64,000 bases of DNA, from the sequence record NC_010105.1; one strand, written 5' to 3'. The notes beneath the pieces are model-generated. The model was not told the origin of the DNA. It made no database searches and saw only the letters and a program-made list of their open reading frames with translations. This DNA is from Escherichia phage JS98. Each line of letters opens with the position of its first letter. The stretch's first letter is position 1. Positions 56,264-64,000 of this stretch are shown one piece after another. The translations under genes were made by a program, and so were the position numbers.

Positions 56264-56928
56264 TGACTTTAACTGAAATGAAAAGCGGGTTAAAATCCCG
56301 CTTAGCTGACTATTTGGAATTATCTTACACCAGTGACAAGCCTACTGCTGTTGCTGACCAACGACCTATCGGTGGGCCTTCTGCAAACCAAACCCAGAAG
56401 GGTGTTTATTTTCCTACAGTCCAAAGTGCAATAGATGATATTGCATTTAGAACAGAGCTTCCTGTGAACTCTGTTATTATTACCACAGAAAACAGAGCAC
56501 CTGGATTTATCCAACAATCTGATAAAATTACATTCACCGGTTCTATTTCTTCAGGCGGCGAACTTGGAGACCCGGTTATTATTAAAGTGTTTGGACTTCC
56601 TGTAGAGGTCTTAGTTGGTGATTCATCTGTATTGGTTGCATCTAAAGTAAATGATGTATTTTTAGACGCCATTGCTAATAGCTATATTTTAGCCGAAACA
56701 GCTATTGACGCCTTAGACCAATCTACCTTGAATATTAAATACAATGACTATCAGAATCATATTTTTTCACCATATAAACAATCGGGTTGTACAATTTCCC
56801 ATACTATAGTCCAGCAGCCAAGGGCCGGATATGGTAAGTGGGAATACTTAGGTAACTCTACCCAATCGTTAGCAGGTGGTACAGTTAACGGCACGATTCC
56901 TTTATATTACTATAAGAGATTATATTAA
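56263..56928 (+). CDS. 11: baseplate wedge protein gp11
   Basis: 221 aa, order and size as T4 gp11. Confidence 0.85.
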   Translation: MTLTEMKSGLKSRLADYLELSYTSDKPTAVADQRPIGGPSANQTQKGVYFPTVQSAIDDIAFRTELPVNSVIITTENRAPGFIQQSDKITFTGSISSGGELGDPVIIKVFGLPVEVLVGDSSVLVASKVNDVFLDAIANSYILAETAIDALDQSTLNIKYNDYQNHIFSPYKQSGCTISHTIVQQPRAGYGKWEYLGNSTQSLAGGTVNGTIPLYYYKRLY

Positions 56929-58454
56929 TGTCAACAAACACACTAAAACACATTAGTGATAAATCGGAATTCAAATCATTCGACCCTACTGGGTCGAATT
57001 TCCCGCCTGATATTACTAATGTTCAAGAAGCATTGGCGGCTATTTCATTAATCGGTGTCACGGGTAATGTTCCTTCAGCCACAGAAACATCCCAAGGTAT
57101 TATTCGTCTTGCCACAACACAAGAAGTAATGGATGGGTTGGATGCTTATAGTGCAGTGACTCCAGCAACTTTAAAAGCACGTTTAGATATTCCTACTCAG
57201 GCAACAGAAACTTATGTAGGTATTACCCGTTATGCTACTAATGCTGAAGCTATAGCAGGCACAGAGCCCCAGGCTGCAATCGTAGCAACCTCTTTGAAAG
57301 CGGTAATGGATTATACATTTGAGAACCGTTTATCAACAGAGAACACTACAGGCGTTATCAAGATTTCAACTACACCTGCTGCATTAGCTGGTACCGATGA
57401 TACCACAGCAATGACCCCGCTTAAAGTATCTCAAGCAATTGGTGCGGCCACAGCAGCGTTACCGGTTTATTCTACGGCAACGACCACAAATGAAGGTTTG
57501 GTTCGTTTAGCTACTAATGCTGAAGTTGGCAATGGAAGTCTTTCGGTAGGTATTGCTATTTCTCCAGCCGGATTAGCCACATTAACTTCCACCGAAGCCA
57601 GAAGTGGTATTATTAAACTCGCAGGTTGGGATATGGTATCTAATGGTACTGACCATACTGCCGCTGTTACTCCGGCATCTTTGCTAGCTCGTACAGGTAA
57701 TACAGGACGAATTGGCTTGGTGCGTTTAACTACTACAGTAGGACAAGGCGATGGTAATACGGCCCTGGCTTATAATGCTAACGTTATTTCTACTTCAGGT
57801 GGTGAAATATGGGGTACTTTAAACGTTAATGGCGCATTACGTCGTAATGGTGTTGATGTTGTTACCCATGACCAATTATCAGATAGCGTTCCAGTAGGTA
57901 CTATTTGTATGTGGGGTGGACATGAAGGTAATATCCCAGGCAAATGGCGAGCTTGTGTAGGTGGGACTTATACTGGTGGTGCATATTTAAATGCTGTTGG
58001 TGGACGTTGGGGATGGTGGGGTGCTATTCCAGATTTCCGTGGATTGTATCCTCGCGGCGCTAACATGGTTGGTGGATATTCTGAAGGTGAAGTTAACCCA
58101 CATATTGCCGGTAACCGAGGAGAAGACGGTAAAGGTAAAGCCCGTTTAGGTAACGGTGTAGGTTCGTTCCCACAATCTTCTGTTCAAGCCCAAGCATTAC
58201 GTTATCATAAACACGCCGGTGGTTTTGGTGAACATGATAACTATGGTGCTTTTGGTAACACCGCTAACTCTGGGTATGTTGGTACTCGTAAAGGACTTGA
58301 CTGGGATAACCGTAGTTATTATACTAACGAAGGGTTTGAGACCACTGAACCTTGGAACCGTGATGGCCATACCACACTGAATAGTGAAGGACTTATTGCA
58401 AATGAAACACGTCCTTGGACAATGTCCGTTCTTTTTATTATTAAAGTAGAATAA
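56928..58454 (+). CDS. 12: short tail fibre gp12
   Basis: 508 aa with repeated VTPA(T/S)L-type fibre repeats, order as T4 gp12. Confidence 0.85.
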   Translation: MSTNTLKHISDKSEFKSFDPTGSNFPPDITNVQEALAAISLIGVTGNVPSATETSQGIIRLATTQEVMDGLDAYSAVTPATLKARLDIPTQATETYVGITRYATNAEAIAGTEPQAAIVATSLKAVMDYTFENRLSTENTTGVIKISTTPAALAGTDDTTAMTPLKVSQAIGAATAALPVYSTATTTNEGLVRLATNAEVGNGSLSVGIAISPAGLATLTSTEARSGIIKLAGWDMVSNGTDHTAAVTPASLLARTGNTGRIGLVRLTTTVGQGDGNTALAYNANVISTSGGEIWGTLNVNGALRRNGVDVVTHDQLSDSVPVGTICMWGGHEGNIPGKWRACVGGTYTGGAYLNAVGGRWGWWGAIPDFRGLYPRGANMVGGYSEGEVNPHIAGNRGEDGKGKARLGNGVGSFPQSSVQAQALRYHKHAGGFGEHDNYGAFGNTANSGYVGTRKGLDWDNRSYYTNEGFETTEPWNRDGHTTLNSEGLIANETRPWTMSVLFIIKVE

Positions 58455-58463
58455 GGGTAAAAA

Positions 58464-60719
58464 ATGATTAACAAATTGGAACTTAGTGAGTTACCATTTG
58501 TTGACGGCGTACCTGATGCTCCTCAAAAGCGTATCCAATGGATACGCGAGGGTGATTGTATGTCTGCAGCAAAAACAAAATACGGCAATGAAGGTAATTT
58601 GAACGCTGCTGCTTTAGGAGTTCAGAAAAACGTAGAAGCTCTTGATGCCAACGATTTAAAAACTGCTGATAAAGTTAATGAGCTTATAGAAAACGTTAAT
58701 AATATCAATGACGCTTTAGAAATGTCAACAGATATTTCTATCATTCAACAAATAGAGAAAAACCGTGTTGATATTGTAGACCTTAAAAAAGTCACCGAAG
58801 ATACAACAGAAAAATTAGACACCTTAACAACCAATTTTGATTTCTTGCGTGAAGATGTTGGATACCATGACCCTTTACAAGACGGCCCATATTTAACTGT
58901 ACGTGAAAATATTGTTCTTCTTAAAAATGAAATTGGTCACTATGAGGACCAGGATATAAACGGTAATCCTTTACCTCCGGGTGAAACTAGTGAAGCCACT
59001 GGTATAAAACGCCGCATCATGGATAATACCACTGAATTGGTGGACCACCGTCTTCGTATTGATACCCTTGAAAGAAACTATGAAGATTCTGATGTTGGGC
59101 AATTAGGTATTAAACTAAATGAAATTCGTGCCGAATTAGGACCACATTCTGATACGGTAGGTAAACAACCCGCTTACACCCGAATTTCAGTATTAGAAAC
59201 GGCTGCAGTTAATTTTAATACGGCTATTGACGAAATTAAGGATAATATTGATTTCTCTGGTATGCCTATAAAGGACCGAGTAACTACTTTAGAAAGCAAA
59301 ACCTTTACCTTAGAAAATTCAGTTAACGTTGATTTAAAACCTAGAGTAACTTCTATAGAAACTCAAATCGGTTCTGAGTCTGCACCAGCATCTATTAATG
59401 GACGTTTAAGTGGGCTTCGTACTGATGTAAATGATTTAAAAACCGTTGTTGGTAATAGTTCTAGTGAAGGGCTTCGTTTCCAGGTTTCCGATATTAATCG
59501 ACGCCTTGGTAGTGAAGTGTCTCCTGCAGCTGGCACTATTAATAAGCGTTTGAATGATGTTATTATTCAAGCAAACCAATCTACCTCATCCATCCAGGAT
59601 ATTCAGGTAGAAATTGGTAACAACCAATCCGGTATAAAAGGTACTTTGCTTAAGCTCACAAATAAGGTTGACGGAACGAACCCTAACGGAGCTACCGTAG
59701 AAGAACGTGGTCTTATTAATGCGGTTACTTCTTTAGAAACCCAGATGCAAGGTAAATTAGGTGACGCGCCTTCTGATGGTAAACTCTATGCACGTCGAAA
59801 TGCGGCATGGGCTGAAGTTGTTAATAATTCCACAGAAATAGAAACTGTTAAAGCCGATTTGGTTGTTACTAATGGTAAAGTGACCGCTTTAACTTCTAGA
59901 GTAGATGATAACGATACTTCTATTTCATCTCTTAATACTCGCACCACTGCTCTAAATACTTCGGTTGGTGAGATTAAAGCCGATATAGTTACTATAAAGG
60001 CCAAAGATGTTGAACAGGACGGTCGTTTAACTTCTTTGGAAGAGGCTGATGTTACTATTAACGGTAAAATTGCTGCTCTTGAAACTAAGACAGATACCAC
60101 TGATGATGATGTCACAGCACTGGCTTTAGACGTTTCTTCTTTAGAGAACCAATTGACTCCTATAAAAGCCGATATTACCAAAAACAAAGGTGATATTGTT
60201 GCCTTAACTGGTCGAGTGGCTTCTACTGAAGGTGAAATTACCGCAATTAAAGTTGATACAGCCAAAATTGCTCCTTTAACAACTAGAGTTACTACGGCAG
60301 AAGGTAAAATCACTACTTTAGAAACAGGGCTTGCCGCTGTTAAAGTCGAATCCGATAAAGTAGCAGGAATCAATACCCGCCTTGGCACTGCAGAAGGTGA
60401 CATCGGAACACTTAAAACAGGGTTGGCTGAAGTTAAGGGTGAATCCGATAAAGTAGCAGCTATAGATACCCGTTTGGGTGTTGTTGAAGGCGAAGTTGGT
60501 ACTCTTGAAACAGGTTTGGCTGCTGTTAAAGTTGAATCTGATAAAGTTGCTGACTTAGGAACCCGTTTAACCGCTGCCGAAGGTAAAATTACAGCCTTAG
60601 AAACAGAATTATCTAAACGTCCACCGGTGGCTCCTGCCGCAGACGGACTTCCGTATGTTCTGGTTGATAACGCATGGGTATTATTGTCTGATTTTGTGAC
60701 TTTAAACTCAGCACCATAA
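58464..60719 (+). CDS. wac: fibritin (neck whiskers) wac, extended form
   Basis: 751 aa; N-terminal LSELPFVDGVPDA as in T4 fibritin, long heptad coiled coil, C-terminal foldon-like PYVLVDNAWVLLSDF. Confidence 0.8.
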   Translation: MINKLELSELPFVDGVPDAPQKRIQWIREGDCMSAAKTKYGNEGNLNAAALGVQKNVEALDANDLKTADKVNELIENVNNINDALEMSTDISIIQQIEKNRVDIVDLKKVTEDTTEKLDTLTTNFDFLREDVGYHDPLQDGPYLTVRENIVLLKNEIGHYEDQDINGNPLPPGETSEATGIKRRIMDNTTELVDHRLRIDTLERNYEDSDVGQLGIKLNEIRAELGPHSDTVGKQPAYTRISVLETAAVNFNTAIDEIKDNIDFSGMPIKDRVTTLESKTFTLENSVNVDLKPRVTSIETQIGSESAPASINGRLSGLRTDVNDLKTVVGNSSSEGLRFQVSDINRRLGSEVSPAAGTINKRLNDVIIQANQSTSSIQDIQVEIGNNQSGIKGTLLKLTNKVDGTNPNGATVEERGLINAVTSLETQMQGKLGDAPSDGKLYARRNAAWAEVVNNSTEIETVKADLVVTNGKVTALTSRVDDNDTSISSLNTRTTALNTSVGEIKADIVTIKAKDVEQDGRLTSLEEADVTINGKIAALETKTDTTDDDVTALALDVSSLENQLTPIKADITKNKGDIVALTGRVASTEGEITAIKVDTAKIAPLTTRVTTAEGKITTLETGLAAVKVESDKVAGINTRLGTAEGDIGTLKTGLAEVKGESDKVAAIDTRLGVVEGEVGTLETGLAAVKVESDKVADLGTRLTAAEGKITALETELSKRPPVAPAADGLPYVLVDNAWVLLSDFVTLNSAP
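60322..60600 (+). repeat. three tandem 93-bp (31-aa) repeats inside wac coiled-coil region
   Basis: AAACAG repeat landmarks at 60322, 60415, 60508, 60601; units TGLAAVKVESDKVAGINTRLGTAEGDIGTLK / TGLAEVKGESDKVAAIDTRLGVVEGEVGTLE / TGLAAVKVESDKVADLGTRLTAAEGKITALE. Confidence 0.7.
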
Positions 60720-60720
60720 T

Positions 60721-60742
60721 AAAAGGGCTTCGGCCCTTTTTT
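60721..60742 (+). terminator. rho-independent terminator after wac
   Basis: AAAAGGGC-TTCG-GCCCTTTT hairpin plus T-run. Confidence 0.65.
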
Positions 60743-60744
60743 GC

Positions 60745-60752
60745 TATAAATA
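60745..60752 (+). promoter_or_regulatory. late promoter TATAAATA for gene 13
   Basis: TATAAATA about 22 nt upstream of gene 13 ATG. Confidence 0.6.
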
Positions 60753-60773
60753 CGGTTATTAGAGGAATAAAAC

Positions 60774-61709
60774 ATGGCAAGTGAATCATATAACCCTAAG
60801 CAACTCAAGGACGCTATTCTGCGCCGCCTGGGTGCACCGATTACAAATATTGAAGTAACTACTGACCAAGTATATGATTGCATCCAGAGGGCTCTAGAGC
60901 TCTACGGCGAATACCATTATAACGGGTATAACAAAGGTTATCAGGCTTTTTATATCGGCCATGACGATGAAGAAAAATTCCGTAATGGCGTATTCGACCT
61001 TAAAGGACGTAATATATTTGCAGTAACACAAATTTTGAGAACTAATGTAGGTTCTTTAACATCTATGGACGGGCAAGCAACTTATCCATGGTTTACAGAT
61101 TTTGTACTAGGTTTGGCAGGTATTAATGGTGGTCTTGGGTCTTCATGTAACAGCTTTGGACCTAATGCCTTCGGCGCTGACCTTGGTTATTTTACACAAT
61201 TAATGCAATATCGTTCTATGATGCAGGACCTTTTGGTTCCACTGCCTGATTATTGGTATAATGATGCCACTGAACAATTGAAGGTAATGGGCAACTTTGT
61301 TAAAGGCGACTTTATTGTAATTGAAGTTTATACCCGTTCATTTAATGGCGTTGATTCCATGGTCGGGAATACAGCAGGATATGGATACGCTTCCGGTGGC
61401 TGTGACGAAAATGAATGGAGTCCTGGGGCTATTTGGGACAATCCTGCACGTCGAATTTCAGGAATGAGAGCTGGTGAGGACCTTGGACTACAAGATGGTG
61501 CGTATAATAACCGTTGGGTCAAAGATTACGCTACGGCATTAGTTAAAGAGGTCAATGGTAATATTTTAGCCAAACACCAAGGTATGCAATTAGCTGGCGG
61601 AACCACTGTAGATGGCATTCGATTGATTGAAGAAGCTCGTTTAGAAAAAGAACGTCTTCGCGAAGAATTAGATTTGCTCGACCCACCAACACCTATTTTA
61701 ATTGGATAA
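60774..61709 (+). CDS. 13: neck protein gp13
   Basis: 311 aa, order and size as T4 gp13. Confidence 0.85.
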   Translation: MASESYNPKQLKDAILRRLGAPITNIEVTTDQVYDCIQRALELYGEYHYNGYNKGYQAFYIGHDDEEKFRNGVFDLKGRNIFAVTQILRTNVGSLTSMDGQATYPWFTDFVLGLAGINGGLGSSCNSFGPNAFGADLGYFTQLMQYRSMMQDLLVPLPDYWYNDATEQLKVMGNFVKGDFIVIEVYTRSFNGVDSMVGNTAGYGYASGGCDENEWSPGAIWDNPARRISGMRAGEDLGLQDGAYNNRWVKDYATALVKEVNGNILAKHQGMQLAGGTTVDGIRLIEEARLEKERLREELDLLDPPTPILIG

Positions 61710-61711
61710 TT

Positions 61712-62485
61712 ATGGCTACTTTCGATTCGAGTTTATTTGCTAAGCTGGAAAATAACACCGGCTATGCTAACACGAACGAAACTGAAATAATGAACCCTTT
61801 CGTCAACTTTTATCGCCATGAGAACACTCAAACATTGGCTGATGCTTTAGTTGCTGAGTCTATTCAAATGCGTGGTATCGAGCTTTATTATATACCACGC
61901 GAATACGTTAATCCTGACCAGCTATTTGGCGAAGACCTTCAGAACAAATTTACTAAAGCCTGGAAGTTTGCGGGTTATTTGGATTCCTTTGAAGGTTATT
62001 CCGGTGACAATACTTATTTCAGTAAGTTCGGTATGATGGTTAATGATGAAGTAACAATCACAATTAACCCTAACCTTTTTAAACATCAATGCAACGGTAC
62101 TGAACCTGTTTCAGGTGATTTGATTTATTTCCCAATGGATAACAGCCTATTTGAAATTAACTGGGTTCAGCCTTATGACCCATTCTATCAAGTCGGTACA
62201 AACGTCCAGCGTCGCATTACTGCTACCAAGTTCATTTATAATGGTGAAGAACTTCGTCCTGAATTACAGAGAAATGAAGGCATTAATATTCCTGAATTCA
62301 GTGAGCTTGATTTAATGCCTGTTAAGAATATTGATGGGTTGGCTGATATCTCTGATATCCAATATGAAGAGGTTAATGAGATTAATGCTGAAGCGGCGGA
62401 ATTCGTACACCCTTATGTAGTGATTAACGGTAGAGGAGAAGATGCTCCTCCTACAGCATTTGATGATGCTTTTTTAGATGATTAA
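61712..62485 (+). CDS. 14: neck protein gp14
   Basis: 257 aa, order and size as T4 gp14. Confidence 0.85.
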   Translation: MATFDSSLFAKLENNTGYANTNETEIMNPFVNFYRHENTQTLADALVAESIQMRGIELYYIPREYVNPDQLFGEDLQNKFTKAWKFAGYLDSFEGYSGDNTYFSKFGMMVNDEVTITINPNLFKHQCNGTEPVSGDLIYFPMDNSLFEINWVQPYDPFYQVGTNVQRRITATKFIYNGEELRPELQRNEGINIPEFSELDLMPVKNIDGLADISDIQYEEVNEINAEAAEFVHPYVVINGRGEDAPPTAFDDAFLDD

Positions 62486-62493
62486 ATAATACA

Positions 62494-62514
62494 TGGCGCA
62501 TCCCGCGCCATTTT
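62494..62514 (+). terminator. terminator-like hairpin TGGCGC-ATCCC-GCGCCA followed by TTTT
   Basis: Between gene 14 stop and gene 15 RBS. Confidence 0.5.
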
Positions 62515-62521
62515 AGGAGGT

Positions 62522-63391
62522 TTGATGTTTGGACATTGGTATAATAGTTCGCTACGTCGCTATATTGTTTTGATGGGTGATTTATTTTCCCATGTTCAAG
62601 TAGCACGTCAAAGAGAAGATACAGGGCTTAAATTTATTAAGGTTCCTATTACGTATGCTTCTAAAGAAAGATTTATGGCTAACTTAGGTAAATGGACGGC
62701 AGTACAGAATATCCCAAATCCTAATATGACGCCAAAAGAAAGGGCTGAACAAAAAGCTAAGGTGGAAACTGTTCTTCCACGTATGAACCTCCAAATGGTT
62801 GACATGCTTTATAACTCACAATACAAAACAGCTCTTCAAAATAGAACACAAATTCAATTTGAGAATGGGGACCCTCGTAAACGAGTCAGCCAATATTCTC
62901 CTACTCCAGTAAAAATGATTTTTGAACTGGGTATTTACACTAGAACTCAAGATGATATGTTCCAGATTGTGGAACAAATTATGCCGTATTTCCAACCTCA
63001 CTTTAATACAACAATTACCGAACTCTATACAAACGAAATTAAATTTGACCGTGATATTCGTATTGTGTTCCAATCTATAGCAATGGACGAACAATTAGAA
63101 GGCGATACCACTTCACGTCGTCGCTTAGAATGGTCTATGATGTTTGAGGTTAACGGATGGCTATATCCTCCTGTTAAAGAAATGGAAGGCGAAATCAAAA
63201 CCATTTATCTTGATTTCTTTGCCAACTCTAAAGAACTCGCTCCTGAAGGTAATTTTGAATCGGTTGATAGCGAAGTAGTTCCTAGAGGTGTAGAAGAAAA
63301 AGAATGGGACGGTAAGTCCATTCAAACGTATTCACAAGATATTCCGGTGCCTGTTGAACCAGAACCTCCAGCACCAAGGAGAAACCCATGA
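62522..63391 (+). CDS. 15: tail sheath stabiliser / tail terminator gp15
   Basis: 289 aa, order as T4 gp15. Confidence 0.85.
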   Translation: MMFGHWYNSSLRRYIVLMGDLFSHVQVARQREDTGLKFIKVPITYASKERFMANLGKWTAVQNIPNPNMTPKERAEQKAKVETVLPRMNLQMVDMLYNSQYKTALQNRTQIQFENGDPRKRVSQYSPTPVKMIFELGIYTRTQDDMFQIVEQIMPYFQPHFNTTITELYTNEIKFDRDIRIVFQSIAMDEQLEGDTTSRRRLEWSMMFEVNGWLYPPVKEMEGEIKTIYLDFFANSKELAPEGNFESVDSEVVPRGVEEKEWDGKSIQTYSQDIPVPVEPEPPAPRRNP

Positions 63392-63879
63392 GCGATTTAG
63401 ATATCAATAAATTAATGGATATTACCGACCTCCCTGGCTTGACCGGGGAGGAAGTTACAGCCTACGAACCAATAGTATTAAAAGAAGTGGAAAGTAATCC
63501 ACAGAACCGTACTCCTGATTTAGAAGACGACTATTCTGTGGTTCGTAGAAACCTCCATTTTCAACAGCAAATGTTAATGGATGCAGGTAAAATATTTTTA
63601 GAAGTTGCTAAGAACGCTGAATCGCCGCGTCATATGGAAGTATTTGCCACATTAATGGGGCAGATGACTACCACCAACAAAGAGCTTTTAAAACTTCATA
63701 AAGAAATGAAAGATATTACCGCTGAACAAATCGGTACTAAAGGTGGAGAGCCTAACCAAACTAATATCCAAAATGCTACTATTTTTATGGGTTCACCAAC
63801 CGATTTAATGGATGAAGTGGGCGATGCTTATGAAGCCCAGGAAGAACGTGAGAAGGTAATTAATGGAACAACCAGTTAA
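63388..63879 (+). CDS. 16: terminase small subunit gp16
   Basis: 163 aa, order and size as T4 gp16; ATGA overlap with gene 15. Confidence 0.85.
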   Translation: MSDLDINKLMDITDLPGLTGEEVTAYEPIVLKEVESNPQNRTPDLEDDYSVVRRNLHFQQQMLMDAGKIFLEVAKNAESPRHMEVFATLMGQMTTTNKELLKLHKEMKDITAEQIGTKGGEPNQTNIQNATIFMGSPTDLMDEVGDAYEAQEEREKVINGTTS

Positions 63880-64000
63880 CGTATTAAGCGATGACCATCC
63901 ACTAAACGAAGGCAAGACTATAGTCATTAAGCCACCGGGTTCGCTTGAACGTAAAACAGAAGAAGGTATCAATTGGATTAAATCCCAATGGGACGACAAA
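63863..64000 (+). CDS. 17: terminase large subunit gp17, N-terminal fragment (continues beyond window end)
   Basis: [46 protein letters not shown] matches T4 gp17 N-terminus. Confidence 0.85.
   Translation, partial: MEQPVNVLSDDHPLNEGKTIVIKPPGSLERKTEEGINWIKSQWDDK

Noticed and set aside
59786-60883. 365-aa minus-strand ORF antisense to wac
   Set aside because: Low-complexity Ser/Thr/Ala/Val-rich translation created by the tandem repeats and codon bias of the fibritin coiled coil; it lies entirely inside a well-supported late gene and crosses the wac terminator and gene 13 promoter.

Overview
The window is a contiguous piece of a T4-like (T-even) myovirus genome, not a bacterial chromosome. 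Gene identities below come from reading the translations against remembered T4 proteins and gene order; nothing was searched or computed. Positions 1-44227 are one uninterrupted leftward (minus-strand) array of early/middle genes in T4 order: 44 (5' end only), 45, rpbA-like, 45.2, 46, 47, 55, small ORFs with a glutaredoxin, 49, nrdC, an accessory block with an AAA+ ATPase and an NTase-fold protein, tk, a macro-domain protein, regB, denV, ipII, ipIII, e, nudE, a ~9 kb accessory island, three tRNAs, ipI-like, 57B (Acb1-type 2H phosphoesterase), 57A, 1, 3, 2, 4. At 44.25 kb transcription turns rightward into late structural genes 53, 5, 5.1, 5.4, 6-12, wac, 13-16 and the 5' end of 17. Core genes are close to T4 (denV, 49, e, 55, 47 near-identical by eye), but a-gt and nrdD/nrdG are absent from their T4 positions and the nudE-tRNA interval is expanded. 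The strongest candidate for something undescribed is in that island: five tandem small paralogous genes ending in a conserved W-x-S-S-S-x-x-C tail, alongside a membrane protein, a His-rich ORF and oxygenase-like and NTase-like ORFs. Other points of interest are a PeSL-like family of at least 11 near-identical early-promoter cassettes, six internal-protein-like genes carrying the MKTYxEF capsid-targeting leader, a macro-domain gene, and a membrane-protein cassette bracketed by a duplicated late-promoter/terminator module. No CRISPR array, integrase, transposase, rRNA or intron-encoded homing endonuclease was seen.
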